A DNA stretch of 64,000 nucleotides from Escherichia phage vB_EcoP_G7C. Below, one piece after another: positions 27,277 through 38,625 of the stretch. How positions within the stretch are numbered: position 1 is the stretch's first letter; every line of letters starts with the position of its first letter. The notes beneath the pieces are model-generated. The model had not been told where the DNA came from, made no database searches, and saw only the letters and a list, made by a program, of their open reading frames with translations. Both the position numbers and the translations under genes were made by a program. The stretch is taken from sequence record NC_015933.1; one strand, given 5' to 3'.

Positions 27277-27298
27277 AAGCCCCTCTTTTGAGGGGCTT
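27277..27298. terminator. Bidirectional rho-independent terminator between convergent units
   Basis: Perfect 9-bp stem AAGCCCCTC/GAGGGGCTT with TTTT loop, A-run upstream and T-run downstream. Confidence 0.75.
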
Positions 27299-27305
27299 TC
27301 TCATT

Positions 27306-30300
27306 TTAGTTTACTAAGTTCATCCAAGGGTTTAGGTTGTGAGCACGAAGCCCCTGACCAAAGCCCCATGAGTAATCCAGACTACCCTTAGCAGCAATAC
27401 TAAAGATGTTGTCCTGAATAGGTAAGCCAACGTTACCAAACATGGTAGGAGTTGGAGCCAGCATCGCCATTGCTGCATGTACTGGGTTATTGCGAATCAT
27501 GGACACTGCAACCTTAGCTGAACGAATCTTAAAGTTGTAGAACCACATTAAACCAACGCTTTCCATATACCCACGGAAACGGCCCGGCAGACGGTCATAG
27601 TTAATGAACTCTTCGGTTACACGTCCCAGTGCTTCTTCACGAGTCTTACCTTTACGCTGGGTCAATTCATCATAGATGATTGCTTTAGCGATAAAGTCAG
27701 AGTACTCAACCGTCTTCTGGATACCCTGGAACAGAGCAGTATCCTTAGTGATAAGTGCATAACGACCAGCAGCACGTACAGACTTAGGTAACTTATCCGC
27801 CAGCTTTTCCATGTATTCGTGAAGTTTACCTTCAGTAATCAGGATGTCATCACGACCAATACCAGCATCTGCAATTGAAGAGAACTCACCAGCTTCTATC
27901 AGAGGCCAGATACTCATACGCTTATGGCTATCAGTAATGGACTGAATCTCAGCCTTAAGTTTACGAATCTGGTTCGGGTTAGTAGCTGCACGTAATTCTG
28001 CTTCTGCATCTACCTGACGTAAACGAGATTTAAGGTATTGGTTAATCTCAGCAGTCTTCCGTGGAATGCTCTTAGCAATGTTCTTAACCGGTACACCACG
28101 AGCAACCATCTGGTAAAGGTTAGCCAAAAAGTTAACAACAGGTACGACTACTGACTTAACTACAATCAGAGTCTTAGCATCTTTAACTAAATTTTGAACC
28201 AGGTTCTCACCACCCATTAAGTACTTATAGGCACGGTTACCGGCTAAACCCAGAATAGCTTTTTTAAAAGTATTAAGCGTTTCCGGGGACCAACGAGAAT
28301 TACCAGACCAAGCATCACCAATCGAAGCTGCACGATAGCCAAGTGCATCATTCAGCATGTCACGACGTACCCACAGTTCACCCTCACCAAACAGTTTTTC
28401 TGCTTTCCGTCGAGTTTCACTGTTCATCAGCTTAAGAGCATCAGCAGTTACTGGGTCCAGTTTAGAACCAAAAAGGTTCACGTACTGGGACTTATTAGCA
28501 GCAGACATCTTAATGTCTTCCTTGTACATGCTATACAGGTTCTCAATCAGCATATCATTGAAACGCTGAGCCTTAGCTTCTTCCACCTGACGTCCACGCC
28601 ATACACCAATTGCACGGGCAAGATGATTTTCACCTTCAATATGCTTCAGCATATTAGGGTTAATTGATTGCTCATAAGCAACCACATCACCTTTAGCATT
28701 ATATACAGGCAGCAGTGGTTCATTACCACGTTCACCACGAGCTAGTGCTTTAGCGATACGGTCTACAGAAGGCTTGTCAGTAATACGACCAGCTACCATG
28801 GAACCCATAGTAAAGCCTGTACCGAGGTCTACACCACCAGCAGTATTACGAACGTTCTGTAGAATACCTTGTGAGAACGGAGCCTGTGCCTGTACTGGGG
28901 CAAAGTAGTAGCTACGTGCCAGACCTCGGTTAGCAGAGCTACCTTGATAAGTACCCAGACGAACATAGGACTTCTCTATCAAATCACCAAACTCGCTATC
29001 TTCAGCAACAACCAGACTAACACCCTGTTTAGTCTCACTAGGGATATACCCTTTGTACTGGTTCAGGGTTGCACGCATATCAGACTTGGCTTTAGCCATT
29101 TCATCTTTACGCTGCCCAACCAGGTAAGAAGTAGCAAAGTCCATTCCCTCAACTTCTGTCTGAGCCAGTGAAGATAACATCTCACGGTCGGACTTGTTCA
29201 TTGCTTCCAGTGCATACAGGGTAATAAGTTTATCCAGTTGAGCTACATCTACAATAGAACGAGTAGTCTTACGTTCACCCAGCATACGAGAGATTGCAGT
29301 AGCATTACGCAGCAAGTTTTTACCGACTGTGCCATTAATCATGTACTGAGCCAGTTGCTTAGATTTACGGTTAATCAGAGGCCAGTTACGACCAGCTTGT
29401 TTCTGCAAATCTGCTTCCAGCTTATTCACTTCACGGTCAACAATCTTCTGGTCTGAAAGCAGGTCACGAATTTCAGCCAGAGACATGGTGTCACGCAGGA
29501 CAGCTAAGTCAGTTTTACCCATACCAGTGTACATTGCTTTCCACTCATCCTTAGTCAGCTTACGGCTGAACTTAGATGCGATAGTGGTAGGCAGGTGTTC
29601 ACGGAACTGCTGACGGTCAGCCTGCACCTGTGCACGGACTGCTTTAATCAAATCGTATACAGAAGCATTGCTCTTAGTACGACCGGTTAAATCATTAACC
29701 AGGTCATGGAAAGGTTGCCATACTTTACCCTGGTTCATTGCAACCATAACGCCTTCAGCTACGTTTGCACCATTCTTCTCTGTAGCAATAGCAGCCATTA
29801 GTTGTGCAGCATGAGCAGCACCTTTGACCAATGGGTTCTTGGTATTAGCTGCAACTTCACGAGCACTTTCTAAAACACGAGTAGACAGTACATCAATAGA
29901 GTCCACCAAATACTGGTTAGCACGGTCAATAGCATTACCACTAGGAGTAGCAACGGAATCATAGAATGACTGTGCATTTAGGCTAGTCTGCATGATTGTT
30001 TGAGCCAGTGCATCCATACCTTCCTGTACGTTGGTAGCTTTGGTATCACCTGCTACACGAGCATTCAGACTAGCCATTGCAGCAGTACCAATGTTAGTCA
30101 GCATTGCATCAACGGTATTCCCAGATTTCTTATCTGCTTTCATAACAGGAATGTTAGCCAGTACGTTACGTACCTCTTCACTTACCATTGCCAGACCAAC
30201 AAAGGTAGGCAGTATTGAAGAACGACCCTGTGCATCAAACTCAATATTGTTAGCACCCATGATGGTATCGAACTTCTGCTGTGCATAGTAACGGTCAGCA

Positions 30301-33300
30301 GGGTTAGTACTATCTGGGTCAGTCATGAATGATTCAACAGTCAGGTTCTTAGTAACGTGTGCATAGTATTCCTGTGCACGAGAAAGAGCAGCCGGACTAA
30401 TAGCAGCTTCAGTAGCGAGTGCAGCAACAATGTTAGTAAAGAGACGCTGCTCCTGCATATTCATAGTGAAGCCATGAGCCTGAACATCACGGGTTACTTT
30501 AGTTGCGTGCTTTTTCGCATCAGAGAACTTACCTTCACGGATTACTTGCTGTACTGGTTCTGAACCAATGTAGTTAGTAATCAGCTTATCAAATGTCTGT
30601 CCTAACTCTTCCAGACGGGTATTGTCACCATATGCTTTGTTATGGAACAAAGTAGTATCTTTGGCTACAGCAGCAGTAGGAGCCTGCCCACGCATAACAA
30701 CTGAAGAGTTAAACAGTAAGCCAGAGAACATATCATCAGCATTAGCAGGTGCTTCTTCACGACCAAATACCAGTCGCTTGATTGCTTCATATACAGACTG
30801 AATCATAACTTTCAGTGCTGTGGTCTTCTTCTGCTTACTAATTAGCTCCTGGTTAGTTAAACCCCATGCCATGTACTCATTTAATGCAGCAGCTTTAGCT
30901 ATTGCTGGTTCAATATAGCCATTAGACAAGTAGCCGTTAATGGTATAGAGGGCATCGGCATATGCTTCACGTACTTCCGGAGATTCATCCTTAACATCCA
31001 GAGCAAGGAACTGGTTCATCAGGTCTTCGATATTCTGGACTGCTTCGTTAGGAGTACCCTCATAGTGAGCCAGTACAGATTCAAAAGTAGAAGCATGTAC
31101 CAATTCATGAACCAGAGTCTCTAAGGAAGGGGTGACTAAGTAGATGGTCTTATCATCAAAGTTAGTCCAGCCGTATGTATTACCTGCTTCGGCAGCTTCA
31201 ATATCTTCTGGTGCTGGACGGGTAATGTTCTTCTCAATAGCGTAAGCATCCAATTGAGCAGGAGTACCGTAAACAACCTTGTAGTCTTTAGCAGCAAGGG
31301 ATTTCTGTACTTCTTTCAATACTGCTTGCTGTTCAGGAGACATTTCTTTAGCCAGCTTAGTGATAGCAGTATTAGACAACAGACGTACACCAGACTTAAG
31401 TACACGACCAACTTGTTCCATTGCTGGCACTTCTTTAACAGGTGCTTCTTTCACTGGTTCTGCTTTAGCAGCACGTACTGCATCACGACGCTTGTTTAAT
31501 TCAGCATCGAACAGTTCGTTCAGCTTAGCTACTTGCTGGTCTACAGTCAGACCTTCCAGAGAAATTTTACCGTTGTTCACATATGGAGCACCTACAGCAG
31601 CCATCTGGTCAACAGTAGTCTGTACTTGGTTCATTACTTTGTGGCGAATATCTACACCCAGAGCAATGTTTCGCAAGTTACGCTCAATGAGGTTAACACC
31701 GGAATTCTTAATCATATCAATCTTATACTGCCTGTCCCCTTCAACACGACTGATATGAGAAAGCTGTTCAAAATCTAAAGCGGAACGGGCAATGTCATCA
31801 ATTGTCTTATCCGACAACTTATCAAAGTCTACGTTCTTCATGAACTTAGAGAAGGAGTCATACACGTTCTTAATAGGGTTGCCCTGCCAAGAAGTATATA
31901 CAGCCTCGTTAGCTTTACGACTTGCATCAGTGATGTCACTGATACCAATGTTCATACCATCAAAGATTTTCAGGGTATTCTTAGGAGCACCTTTCATAGT
32001 AGAAAGGGTCTGCATCATCATGCCATCACCAGTACCAATGGTCATAAACGGAATACCTGCAACACCTGCTTGTGAAGGAGCATAGATGCTCATTGGCACA
32101 CGCATACGGTCATCTAAGTTGGTAGCCAGTACTTGGTTAGCAACGTCAGTACTCTCACTGCCAGCAAGGTAGAAAGTCTGTGAGCCAGTCTCAATCATTG
32201 GGGCCAGTGGAGATAATGATTCCTGGATTTCATTCAGTTCTTTCTGTGTTAAGAAATCACCCTTCTTCCAGGTTGGGTCTTTTTCTTTTTCTGCTAGCTT
32301 AGTCTGTACTGCTTGTTGGAACATATCCTGCAATACCAGAGACTGAATCTGAGTAGCCTTCTGCAAGTTCTCAGTAGAGTACATCAGACCTTCACCAACA
32401 GTATTACGGATACCGGTACGCATTGGTTCAACGAACAAATGGAGCATGTTCTCTTGTAAGTTCTTCAGAGCATTACCGGATACGGTAAATTTCTGAGGGT
32501 TTAACTTACCAGTCAGAGCACCATCTACTTCCTTAATAAATAACTTACCTTTGCGCTTAGCTGGAATTTTACCAGTCAGTGCTTCCATAGAAGTAAGGAA
32601 AGTATCCAGCATAGCCTGAGCATCAGCCTCAGACGCAGCCTCCTTACCAAACATTGCCATAGCCGGGGAAATGCTAGGGTCAGCAGCACGTGCTTGCAGA
32701 ACGTCGCTGAAGCGTTCGTAGATGGTGTCAGTAATTGCACCGACTATATTACCAGCAATACCACGTGCACCAGCACCATAGATGGTAATGGTAAGCGGGT
32801 TTTTAGCGATACCACGTTTCAGGTCCAGAGTACCATCTTCATTCAGGTTAAAGTCTTTAATGAACAGGTCCATTAACTTCTGGAGATGATTTATCTGGTT
32901 TATAACTGGAACGTTGTTACGGTAAGTAGTACGTAACGCATTCAGTGCTTGTTGCAGACCATTGGTAGATGCTTCATACAAGTCAACATTATCGTCGATA
33001 GAACAATGTTCGTTCATCGTTTTACCAGCACGACCGAAGAACAAACCACCTTTGGCAGTATTCTTAATCCAGTCTGGGGTGAACTTACCACCAGTCATTA
33101 ATACCATTGCGTTGATTGGGCCGTTGGTTACACCATCAGCTTCAACGTACAGAGGGGTAGTAAAATTAGCACGGTCATCACTGTTCAGGTAACGGGCATA
33201 TTCCATCAGGGCCATGAGAGCTACGAAGGATTTGTTATCACCCAGAGAGGTTTTCAGAATATCTACTGCATCAGTAGGTAAATAACCAGACTTATCAAAC

Positions 33301-36300
33301 TCAACCATCATATCAACAGCAGGTTTCAAATTACCTTCCAGAGCTTTGGTCAGATTTTCAGACATAGCTTCACGGGACATTTTATGTACCTTGATGCCCA
33401 ATGCCTGAGCCAGACCTAACTGGAAGTCAGAGAATGCTTGGCTGTTTTCATTACTCAAGTCGATAGTGGAGAAGGTTGGCAGAATTGCTTCACGAACCAG
33501 TTTACTGGATTGTGGGTTATTCTTACCAAGCATCTGCATACGACCTACACGGGTCATGTTGTAACCGTAGTGAATGGGGGTATCCAAACCATTCTCTTGT
33601 TCTTTTAGCTGATTAATTAAACCGAACAAAGAATCATATGCCATAGATACCGATAAGTTCTTACCTTCCAGAGATTTGGCAGTGTTTTCATTCAGCAAAT
33701 CAGGATTAAGAGAACCAGCACCCATCAGTTCCAGAATGCCGTCTCGGCCTAATGCTTCATAGAAGTTAACCATCGGCATGTGTACACGGAACTCCGTAGC
33801 CTGTTCAGCTTTCAAAGCAGCTTTCTGTTCCGGGGTATTCCTAACAGCAGGGTTACGTAACTGAGTTTGAGCCACGGAAGGAATGTCATCACCGAAGTAC
33901 GTTTTCTCTTCCGGATTTACCAGCACAGCTTCCTCAATTGCTGTAGGGAAATTATTAATAGGGTCTTTATCTGCCAACTTATTAATAGTGTACAGACCAA
34001 TAGTCTTATTAGAGTCCGGGTCAATCTCAGACACATCCAGCATAGTCTCAGTAACTGCACCCATCTCGATGAGGGAAGACAGAATCTCTGTAGCCATTGC
34101 CGCTGGAATACCCTTGGTATAACCCAGTGGTGCATTAGGGTTACGGTTTAAACCCCAGTAGGATTCAATCTTTTGAGCCAGTGAGTTAGTAGCCTCAACC
34201 AGAGTCTGGGCATTCTCAAACTCAGTCAGAATACTTTCTGGTAACAGAGATGCATCTACACCAGTAATAGCAGCCACGTCTTTCATGTCTTTAATGGCAG
34301 CATTCTGTGTAGCAGTCAGTCGCCATTGCAGACCGGCAAGTACAGCAGTCTCTAACAACTGATCATTGAACTTAAAGGTATCTCCATCTTTCTCTACGAT
34401 GTTAAGTAACTTACCACTTACCCAACGGTTAGCTTCAGTACCTTCTGCAAAACGTTTACCAACGTTCTTATTAGCAAGGAACTTAGCCAGTCGTTTAGAC
34501 AGAGTAGCCTTCAGAGTTTCCCCAAAGTCCATCAAGTCTTGATAGCGTTCTAACACATCACCTGCGAGAACGTTATTTTCTTTTTGAGTGAATGCTTCAA
34601 AGCGAGCAGCAGAAGACAGTGCTTTCTTGATATCAGCCAAAGGAGATTCAGAACCAATGGTACGGGACTTAGGTTCTTCCGGTAGGGTAAATGCCTTCAG
34701 GAACTGGTTCGGTGTCTTCTCATTGTTATAGACAGGGAACACTGCTTCCATTCCAGAAAGAGGTTTGCCACCCACTGTATAGTCTGCTTTCAGCTGAGCC
34801 AGTGATACCTCATCTTCCTCCACGTTGTTAGTGTTAAGACCAGAGGTATCTACACCAACCAGAATATGTGCATTATTGGCTTCAACGAAAGATTGAACAG
34901 TATTGAATTGTTCAGCAGTCAGTTTCTGATCATCGAACAGCTGTAAGGACACAAACGGTTGTTCGCTGCCTTTATAGAACATAGAGCGAATAGCACCTGT
35001 ATCCAGAGACATATCACGATAACCATCATGACCAAATACATCGGACAGGCTGATATGGTCGCCATTAGAGCCAACCACAGTACCATCAGCAAACAGCCAT
35101 GGACTCTCTCTACGATCACCATACTTATTAAGAGTTTCCTGTGAAATAGTATTTTCTTTCACATAAGCATCTCTTTCAGATTCGGTAGGTTGCTCGATGG
35201 TATCCTCATTAGTAAGGGTAGCATCATCTACAACCGGGCTAGCCTTTTCAGACTTAGGTACTTTCTCTTCCTGTACAGGTGTAACTTCTGGCTGGGAGAA
35301 TGTATTACGTACATAGTTCATAAAATCATTACGTGCTTGGGAAGGGGAAGACCATACTTCCCGTGTGCTACGTAAACTAAAGATTCGACCTTCAGGAGTC
35401 ATTACGTAAGGTACATTTGTTTTACCGTACTTAAATGAAGTGAGTACATCTGACTTACCAGTAACAGTGCTTTCCCCTGGAATGACAATAGTCTTACCAC
35501 CAGTAGAAGGAACAGCACGAACACCCTCAATATCCTTACCAAGAGAAATATACTCTTTACCGTTGTAATCAAAGTACTGACCTATCTGCATATAGGTAGC
35601 TTGTTGCTTACCAGTAAACTCAGCAGTTTTCATCTCCGGGCCGTTAGGTACAGACGTACTTTCAGACTTAGGCTTAGATACTTTCTCTGGTTCTGACTTA
35701 GACTCTACAGTGTTAGGGGCAGTCTCTTTTGCTTCGACTGGTGCAGTTTTTGACTGTACAGTAATGGCTGGTTCCTGTGTTTTTACAGGTGTTTCATCAA
35801 CCTGATTCACTGGTTCATTAGTCTGTTGGGACTGAGTGGCATTAAGACCACCTTGACGGAACTCTTTAACTACCTGGGCAGCTGGCTTGTTCAGACGTGA
35901 ATCCAACGAGGTAACTTTCACATGAGAAACATTAAGCTCCGGGTAAGCCGTAGCAAGTGCATTAGCAATATCAGCTACGGTTTTGGCCTCCAGTGCTACT
36001 TGCTGGGCAAACTTAACAGACTTGGTATCATAAGGATTAACACCGAGGCCAGTACGACTACGTACCCATTCACGGGTAGGCGTGAGAGCCTGATAATGAA
36101 CAGACTTATTCTTATCCGCATTCCCCGAAATCAGATGCTCATTCAACGCTCCGACCTTATTCTGCATGTGCTGGGCGAACTTCATAAAATCGCTCAGATA
36201 AGCGGAAGCCAAATCGAAGTTACCAGAGTTATACGCAGAACGAATGCGTTTCGCATGTTGCAACGCAGAGTACTGTCCTTCATTAGAACGAGACTCGTCG

Positions 36301-38552
36301 GTTTTAATCTGTTTACTAACAATGTCTTGAGGACGTAAGCCCAGTTCTTCTGCTTTAGCATCATACTCACGTGCACCCTGTAACAGAGCAGCAGCTGATT
36401 GCAGGGCAGCACGTTGACGATTATTCAGTGTAATCTTACCTTCACTTGCGTGCTTCAGAACCATGTTCACTGAATCTGCATCCAGTACTTCTGGAGACAC
36501 ATCAGCAGCCATAGCAATGTTGTTTGCTTGGGCTTGATTAGCTTCTTCAGTAGCTTTCAGTTTACCTGCTTCAGCTTGTTCCTGAATCATGGAATGGATG
36601 GCACGGAATGCACGAAGTACTTTAGGGGTATTCTGTATGTTAGCCATCAGGCCGGAGAACTGGTCTACGATTGCAGCAGCAGGAGAACCTTGTTCCAGAT
36701 TAGCCAGAGCACCTGGGTCACGGTTAATGAAGCTATCCATAGACATGATGTTGTCATACATCTGGATTGCAGCTTCCATTTGAACGTCAGGGTCTTCAGC
36801 AGTATTAACCAAGTCAGCCATCTTCTGAATAGCTTCCACACGGTTAGTGGAACCAGAAACAGCTTCACGGATTACTGGGTTGGCTTGTTCCAATTCTACT
36901 GGGTCAAACTTCATTGCCTGAGTCAAGTCAGCAGCATACTGGGTAGCAGCAGCTTTCTCTTCTGGAGTGATATCCATTGCATCTACTGCTTCCTGTACGG
37001 TTGCCTGTGCTTGTTCTGCCTGAGCAACAGCTTCCTGTGCAGCAGCATTAACCGTAGCATCGGCTACAGGGGATGCTTGTTCATTACGCTTAGCAACTTC
37101 TTCCCCACGTTGAACCAGGATGTTAGTAAGAGGAGATGCAGCTTTTGCTAATGTTTTACCAACCAGAGAAGCACCAGCCAGAGTGGTACGAAGAGCAGGT
37201 CCAGCAGCAGCACCGGCAGCTTTAACAGTTGCACCAGGAGCCTGAGCAACACCAGCACTACCGAAGCCATAGAGTGCACCAAGACCCGCTTGCTCACCGA
37301 CACCTTTGAGGGTATCTCGGGATGCATCAACATTTTCCTTGATTGCACGGTTCTGTGCGAACTGACCAAAGCCTGATTGAGTACCCTCTTCAAAAGTCTG
37401 AGCACCAAGGTTAGTAAGAGCTGCCCCAGCAGAACCAACCCTCATGGGGTTAAGTTCAAACTTAGATACTAACGGACCCATAGCAGCAGCAACTGGGGCA
37501 GTTAAGGCAGCAGCAATGATACCCGTTTCAGATGCAGTCTGACGACGTGCTTCATCAGGAGATAAACCATCAGCAATATGTTGTTGGTAAACAGGAGACT
37601 TACTTGCCAGTTCTGGATGGGACATCTTCATGATTTCAGAAGCAGTCTGTTGGTATGCACCCCCGGCTTCCATGCCACCGATTGCAATAGCAGGTGCAGC
37701 AACACGACCAGTAGACAATGCAACCTGTGCAGGACGTGAACCCAACCCAGCAGCTAAGGTAATACCCTTAACAGCTTTATCACCACCTACCATTACTTTA
37801 CCGAGTGCAGATACACCACGAATAAGTGGACCACCAGTAAAGAGGGAACCGACACCCTCACTCAGTCCATCTGAGGCAGCCATACCATTATCAAGTGTGT
37901 TAGCAACAGAGTCGAAAGCATCACGACCAATACGAGACAGGGAGGCAACCAAATCACTCTCCCCGTTTTTGATGTCCTGTTCATAGAGTTTCTGGTTCTT
38001 TTGAGCAGAAATCTGGTTCTGATTCTGAACAACTTTACGGGTAGCATTCAGTGCATCAGACTGTAGATTGTGTACGCCTTCATTCAGCCAATCCATCCCG
38101 GAAGCAATGGTTGCCCCGGCATTATCATTGACCAGACCTGCGCCAAGAGCAGCAATGCCCCCAAGGGTATTAGCAACACCAAGACCAACACCAGAAAGAG
38201 TATCGCCAAATGCTTCTGCGTTAGTACGCTGTTTAGATAAGTCCTGACGTACAGCATCCGCAGCATTAGCTCGGCTATTAAGAATCTGTAAACCTTGCTC
38301 ATTACCGTACTTATTAATGATTTCTAATGGGGAGGCTTGAGTGAAGTCTGCCTGAAGTGAACCTGGTTCGAATGCACCGATTCCAAGATTACCTACTCGT
38401 CCAGTCTGGAGAGTGTAAGCATTCTCTGGGGTTAATTGGAAAGGGCTTTGCCCTTGTGCAGCTTGCTTCTGAGAGGTTGCAGTAGAGACATCGACTTGCT
38501 TAGCATTAGTGATGCTGTCTGCGAAACCTGCCAGACGGTCAAATGTTGACAT
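27306..38552 (-). CDS. Virion-encapsidated RNA polymerase (N4 vRNAP-like giant protein, about 3748 aa)
   Basis: Single 11.2-kb ORF; T7-like RNAP motifs in the central region: motif A YVEADGVTNGP, motif B KRGIAKNPLTITIYGAG, motif C KIFDGMNIG; ATG at 38552 has AGGAAA RBS (ORF-track TTG at 38570). Confidence 0.9.
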   Translation of the reverse strand: MSTFDRLAGFADSITNAKQVDVSTATSQKQAAQGQSPFQLTPENAYTLQTGRVGNLGIGAFEPGSLQADFTQASPLEIINKYGNEQGLQILNSRANAADAVRQDLSKQRTNAEAFGDTLSGVGLGVANTLGGIAALGAGLVNDNAGATIASGMDWLNEGVHNLQSDALNATRKVVQNQNQISAQKNQKLYEQDIKNGESDLVASLSRIGRDAFDSVANTLDNGMAASDGLSEGVGSLFTGGPLIRGVSALGKVMVGGDKAVKGITLAAGLGSRPAQVALSTGRVAAPAIAIGGMEAGGAYQQTASEIMKMSHPELASKSPVYQQHIADGLSPDEARRQTASETGIIAAALTAPVAAAMGPLVSKFELNPMRVGSAGAALTNLGAQTFEEGTQSGFGQFAQNRAIKENVDASRDTLKGVGEQAGLGALYGFGSAGVAQAPGATVKAAGAAAGPALRTTLAGASLVGKTLAKAASPLTNILVQRGEEVAKRNEQASPVADATVNAAAQEAVAQAEQAQATVQEAVDAMDITPEEKAAATQYAADLTQAMKFDPVELEQANPVIREAVSGSTNRVEAIQKMADLVNTAEDPDVQMEAAIQMYDNIMSMDSFINRDPGALANLEQGSPAAAIVDQFSGLMANIQNTPKVLRAFRAIHSMIQEQAEAGKLKATEEANQAQANNIAMAADVSPEVLDADSVNMVLKHASEGKITLNNRQRAALQSAAALLQGAREYDAKAEELGLRPQDIVSKQIKTDESRSNEGQYSALQHAKRIRSAYNSGNFDLASAYLSDFMKFAQHMQNKVGALNEHLISGNADKNKSVHYQALTPTREWVRSRTGLGVNPYDTKSVKFAQQVALEAKTVADIANALATAYPELNVSHVKVTSLDSRLNKPAAQVVKEFRQGGLNATQSQQTNEPVNQVDETPVKTQEPAITVQSKTAPVEAKETAPNTVESKSEPEKVSKPKSESTSVPNGPEMKTAEFTGKQQATYMQIGQYFDYNGKEYISLGKDIEGVRAVPSTGGKTIVIPGESTVTGKSDVLTSFKYGKTNVPYVMTPEGRIFSLRSTREVWSSPSQARNDFMNYVRNTFSQPEVTPVQEEKVPKSEKASPVVDDATLTNEDTIEQPTESERDAYVKENTISQETLNKYGDRRESPWLFADGTVVGSNGDHISLSDVFGHDGYRDMSLDTGAIRSMFYKGSEQPFVSLQLFDDQKLTAEQFNTVQSFVEANNAHILVGVDTSGLNTNNVEEDEVSLAQLKADYTVGGKPLSGMEAVFPVYNNEKTPNQFLKAFTLPEEPKSRTIGSESPLADIKKALSSAARFEAFTQKENNVLAGDVLERYQDLMDFGETLKATLSKRLAKFLANKNVGKRFAEGTEANRWVSGKLLNIVEKDGDTFKFNDQLLETAVLAGLQWRLTATQNAAIKDMKDVAAITGVDASLLPESILTEFENAQTLVEATNSLAQKIESYWGLNRNPNAPLGYTKGIPAAMATEILSSLIEMGAVTETMLDVSEIDPDSNKTIGLYTINKLADKDPINNFPTAIEEAVLVNPEEKTYFGDDIPSVAQTQLRNPAVRNTPEQKAALKAEQATEFRVHMPMVNFYEALGRDGILELMGAGSLNPDLLNENTAKSLEGKNLSVSMAYDSLFGLINQLKEQENGLDTPIHYGYNMTRVGRMQMLGKNNPQSSKLVREAILPTFSTIDLSNENSQAFSDFQLGLAQALGIKVHKMSREAMSENLTKALEGNLKPAVDMMVEFDKSGYLPTDAVDILKTSLGDNKSFVALMALMEYARYLNSDDRANFTTPLYVEADGVTNGPINAMVLMTGGKFTPDWIKNTAKGGLFFGRAGKTMNEHCSIDDNVDLYEASTNGLQQALNALRTTYRNNVPVINQINHLQKLMDLFIKDFNLNEDGTLDLKRGIAKNPLTITIYGAGARGIAGNIVGAITDTIYERFSDVLQARAADPSISPAMAMFGKEAASEADAQAMLDTFLTSMEALTGKIPAKRKGKLFIKEVDGALTGKLNPQKFTVSGNALKNLQENMLHLFVEPMRTGIRNTVGEGLMYSTENLQKATQIQSLVLQDMFQQAVQTKLAEKEKDPTWKKGDFLTQKELNEIQESLSPLAPMIETGSQTFYLAGSESTDVANQVLATNLDDRMRVPMSIYAPSQAGVAGIPFMTIGTGDGMMMQTLSTMKGAPKNTLKIFDGMNIGISDITDASRKANEAVYTSWQGNPIKNVYDSFSKFMKNVDFDKLSDKTIDDIARSALDFEQLSHISRVEGDRQYKIDMIKNSGVNLIERNLRNIALGVDIRHKVMNQVQTTVDQMAAVGAPYVNNGKISLEGLTVDQQVAKLNELFDAELNKRRDAVRAAKAEPVKEAPVKEVPAMEQVGRVLKSGVRLLSNTAITKLAKEMSPEQQAVLKEVQKSLAAKDYKVVYGTPAQLDAYAIEKNITRPAPEDIEAAEAGNTYGWTNFDDKTIYLVTPSLETLVHELVHASTFESVLAHYEGTPNEAVQNIEDLMNQFLALDVKDESPEVREAYADALYTINGYLSNGYIEPAIAKAAALNEYMAWGLTNQELISKQKKTTALKVMIQSVYEAIKRLVFGREEAPANADDMFSGLLFNSSVVMRGQAPTAAVAKDTTLFHNKAYGDNTRLEELGQTFDKLITNYIGSEPVQQVIREGKFSDAKKHATKVTRDVQAHGFTMNMQEQRLFTNIVAALATEAAISPAALSRAQEYYAHVTKNLTVESFMTDPDSTNPADRYYAQQKFDTIMGANNIEFDAQGRSSILPTFVGLAMVSEEVRNVLANIPVMKADKKSGNTVDAMLTNIGTAAMASLNARVAGDTKATNVQEGMDALAQTIMQTSLNAQSFYDSVATPSGNAIDRANQYLVDSIDVLSTRVLESAREVAANTKNPLVKGAAHAAQLMAAIATEKNGANVAEGVMVAMNQGKVWQPFHDLVNDLTGRTKSNASVYDLIKAVRAQVQADRQQFREHLPTTIASKFSRKLTKDEWKAMYTGMGKTDLAVLRDTMSLAEIRDLLSDQKIVDREVNKLEADLQKQAGRNWPLINRKSKQLAQYMINGTVGKNLLRNATAISRMLGERKTTRSIVDVAQLDKLITLYALEAMNKSDREMLSSLAQTEVEGMDFATSYLVGQRKDEMAKAKSDMRATLNQYKGYIPSETKQGVSLVVAEDSEFGDLIEKSYVRLGTYQGSSANRGLARSYYFAPVQAQAPFSQGILQNVRNTAGGVDLGTGFTMGSMVAGRITDKPSVDRIAKALARGERGNEPLLPVYNAKGDVVAYEQSINPNMLKHIEGENHLARAIGVWRGRQVEEAKAQRFNDMLIENLYSMYKEDIKMSAANKSQYVNLFGSKLDPVTADALKLMNSETRRKAEKLFGEGELWVRRDMLNDALGYRAASIGDAWSGNSRWSPETLNTFKKAILGLAGNRAYKYLMGGENLVQNLVKDAKTLIVVKSVVVPVVNFLANLYQMVARGVPVKNIAKSIPRKTAEINQYLKSRLRQVDAEAELRAATNPNQIRKLKAEIQSITDSHKRMSIWPLIEAGEFSSIADAGIGRDDILITEGKLHEYMEKLADKLPKSVRAAGRYALITKDTALFQGIQKTVEYSDFIAKAIIYDELTQRKGKTREEALGRVTEEFINYDRLPGRFRGYMESVGLMWFYNFKIRSAKVAVSMIRNNPVHAAMAMLAPTPTMFGNVGLPIQDNIFSIAAKGSLDYSWGFGQGLRAHNLNPWMNLVN

Positions 38553-38625
38553 AGCATGTTTCCTGTTCAAACTTATATCGTATATAGGTAACTTACTCTA
38601 CAGTAAGCCAGTTAAAGAAAAAAGC

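Noticed and set aside
28357-38047. Many 60-140-aa plus-strand ORFs inside the vRNAP gene (for example 31360-31758, 36528-37151, 37630-37986)
   Set aside because: Antisense to a continuous 11.2-kb ORF with strong motif support; low-complexity translations and no RBS
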